4,788 nucleotides of DNA, taken from positions 1 to 4,788 of the IMG/VR virus record IMGVR_UViG_2693429642_000015. The stretch is one strand, 5' to 3'. A program made the position numbers and the translations under genes. The notes beneath the pieces were generated by a model. The model was not told the DNA's origin. It made no database searches and saw only the letters and a list, made by a program, of their open reading frames with translations. Position 1 is the stretch's first letter. Each line of letters opens with the position of its first letter. Shown piece after piece: positions 4,766-4,788 of this stretch. The stretch comes from a virus. Taxonomy: Duplodnaviria > Heunggongvirae > Uroviricota > Caudoviricetes.

Positions 4766-4788
4766 ATGTTTTCGAAATGGAAGGGTTT
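4756..4788 (+). CDS. Partial CDS (start only); next gene of the yfdR-like operon, possibly yfdS-like
   Basis: ATG at 4756 with SD GGAG (4744-4747, 8-nt spacing), in frame with a second ATG at 4762 that overlaps the yfdR-like TGA stop (ATGA). Open to the window end (MRMNVFEMEGF...). Identity cannot be judged from 11 codons. Confidence 0.35.
   Translation, partial: MRMNVFEMEGF

Noticed and set aside
1-4788. CRISPR arrays, tRNA/rRNA genes, IS elements or attachment-site repeats
   Set aside because: No regularly spaced direct repeats, no tRNA-like cloverleaf candidates, and no terminal inverted repeats flanking a transposase-like ORF were seen.

Overview
This window reads as the immunity / early-control region of a lambdoid-type enterobacterial prophage, with a mosaic resembling the E. 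coli Rac and CPS-53 early regions. The minus strand carries an early operon: a Cro-like small HTH gene (1783..1583), a CII-like regulator (1551..982), a Rha-domain protein (985..125) and the start of a further gene (128..1), joined by ATGA start/stop overlaps. Divergently, the plus strand encodes a CI-type repressor with an S24 autopeptidase domain (1874..2548) and its terminator. Next comes a near-consensus PL-like promoter embedded in tandem operators that share a 7-5-7 inverted-repeat motif with two sites in the cro/cI intergenic region. Downstream of that promoter lies about 0.45 kb with no credible ORF, closed by a strong intrinsic terminator and a boxA-like motif. An RdgC-family gene (3221..4138), a YfdR-like HD-domain gene (4229..4765) and the start of another gene follow. 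No tRNA, rRNA, CRISPR array or IS element is evident. The most interesting feature is the repressor-controlled, ORF-free, structured region at 2621..3097, which sits where lambdoid phages normally encode N or its analogue; it may be a novel RNA element or a decayed gene. All homology statements are from reading the translations by eye and from memory of the protein families; no searches were run.
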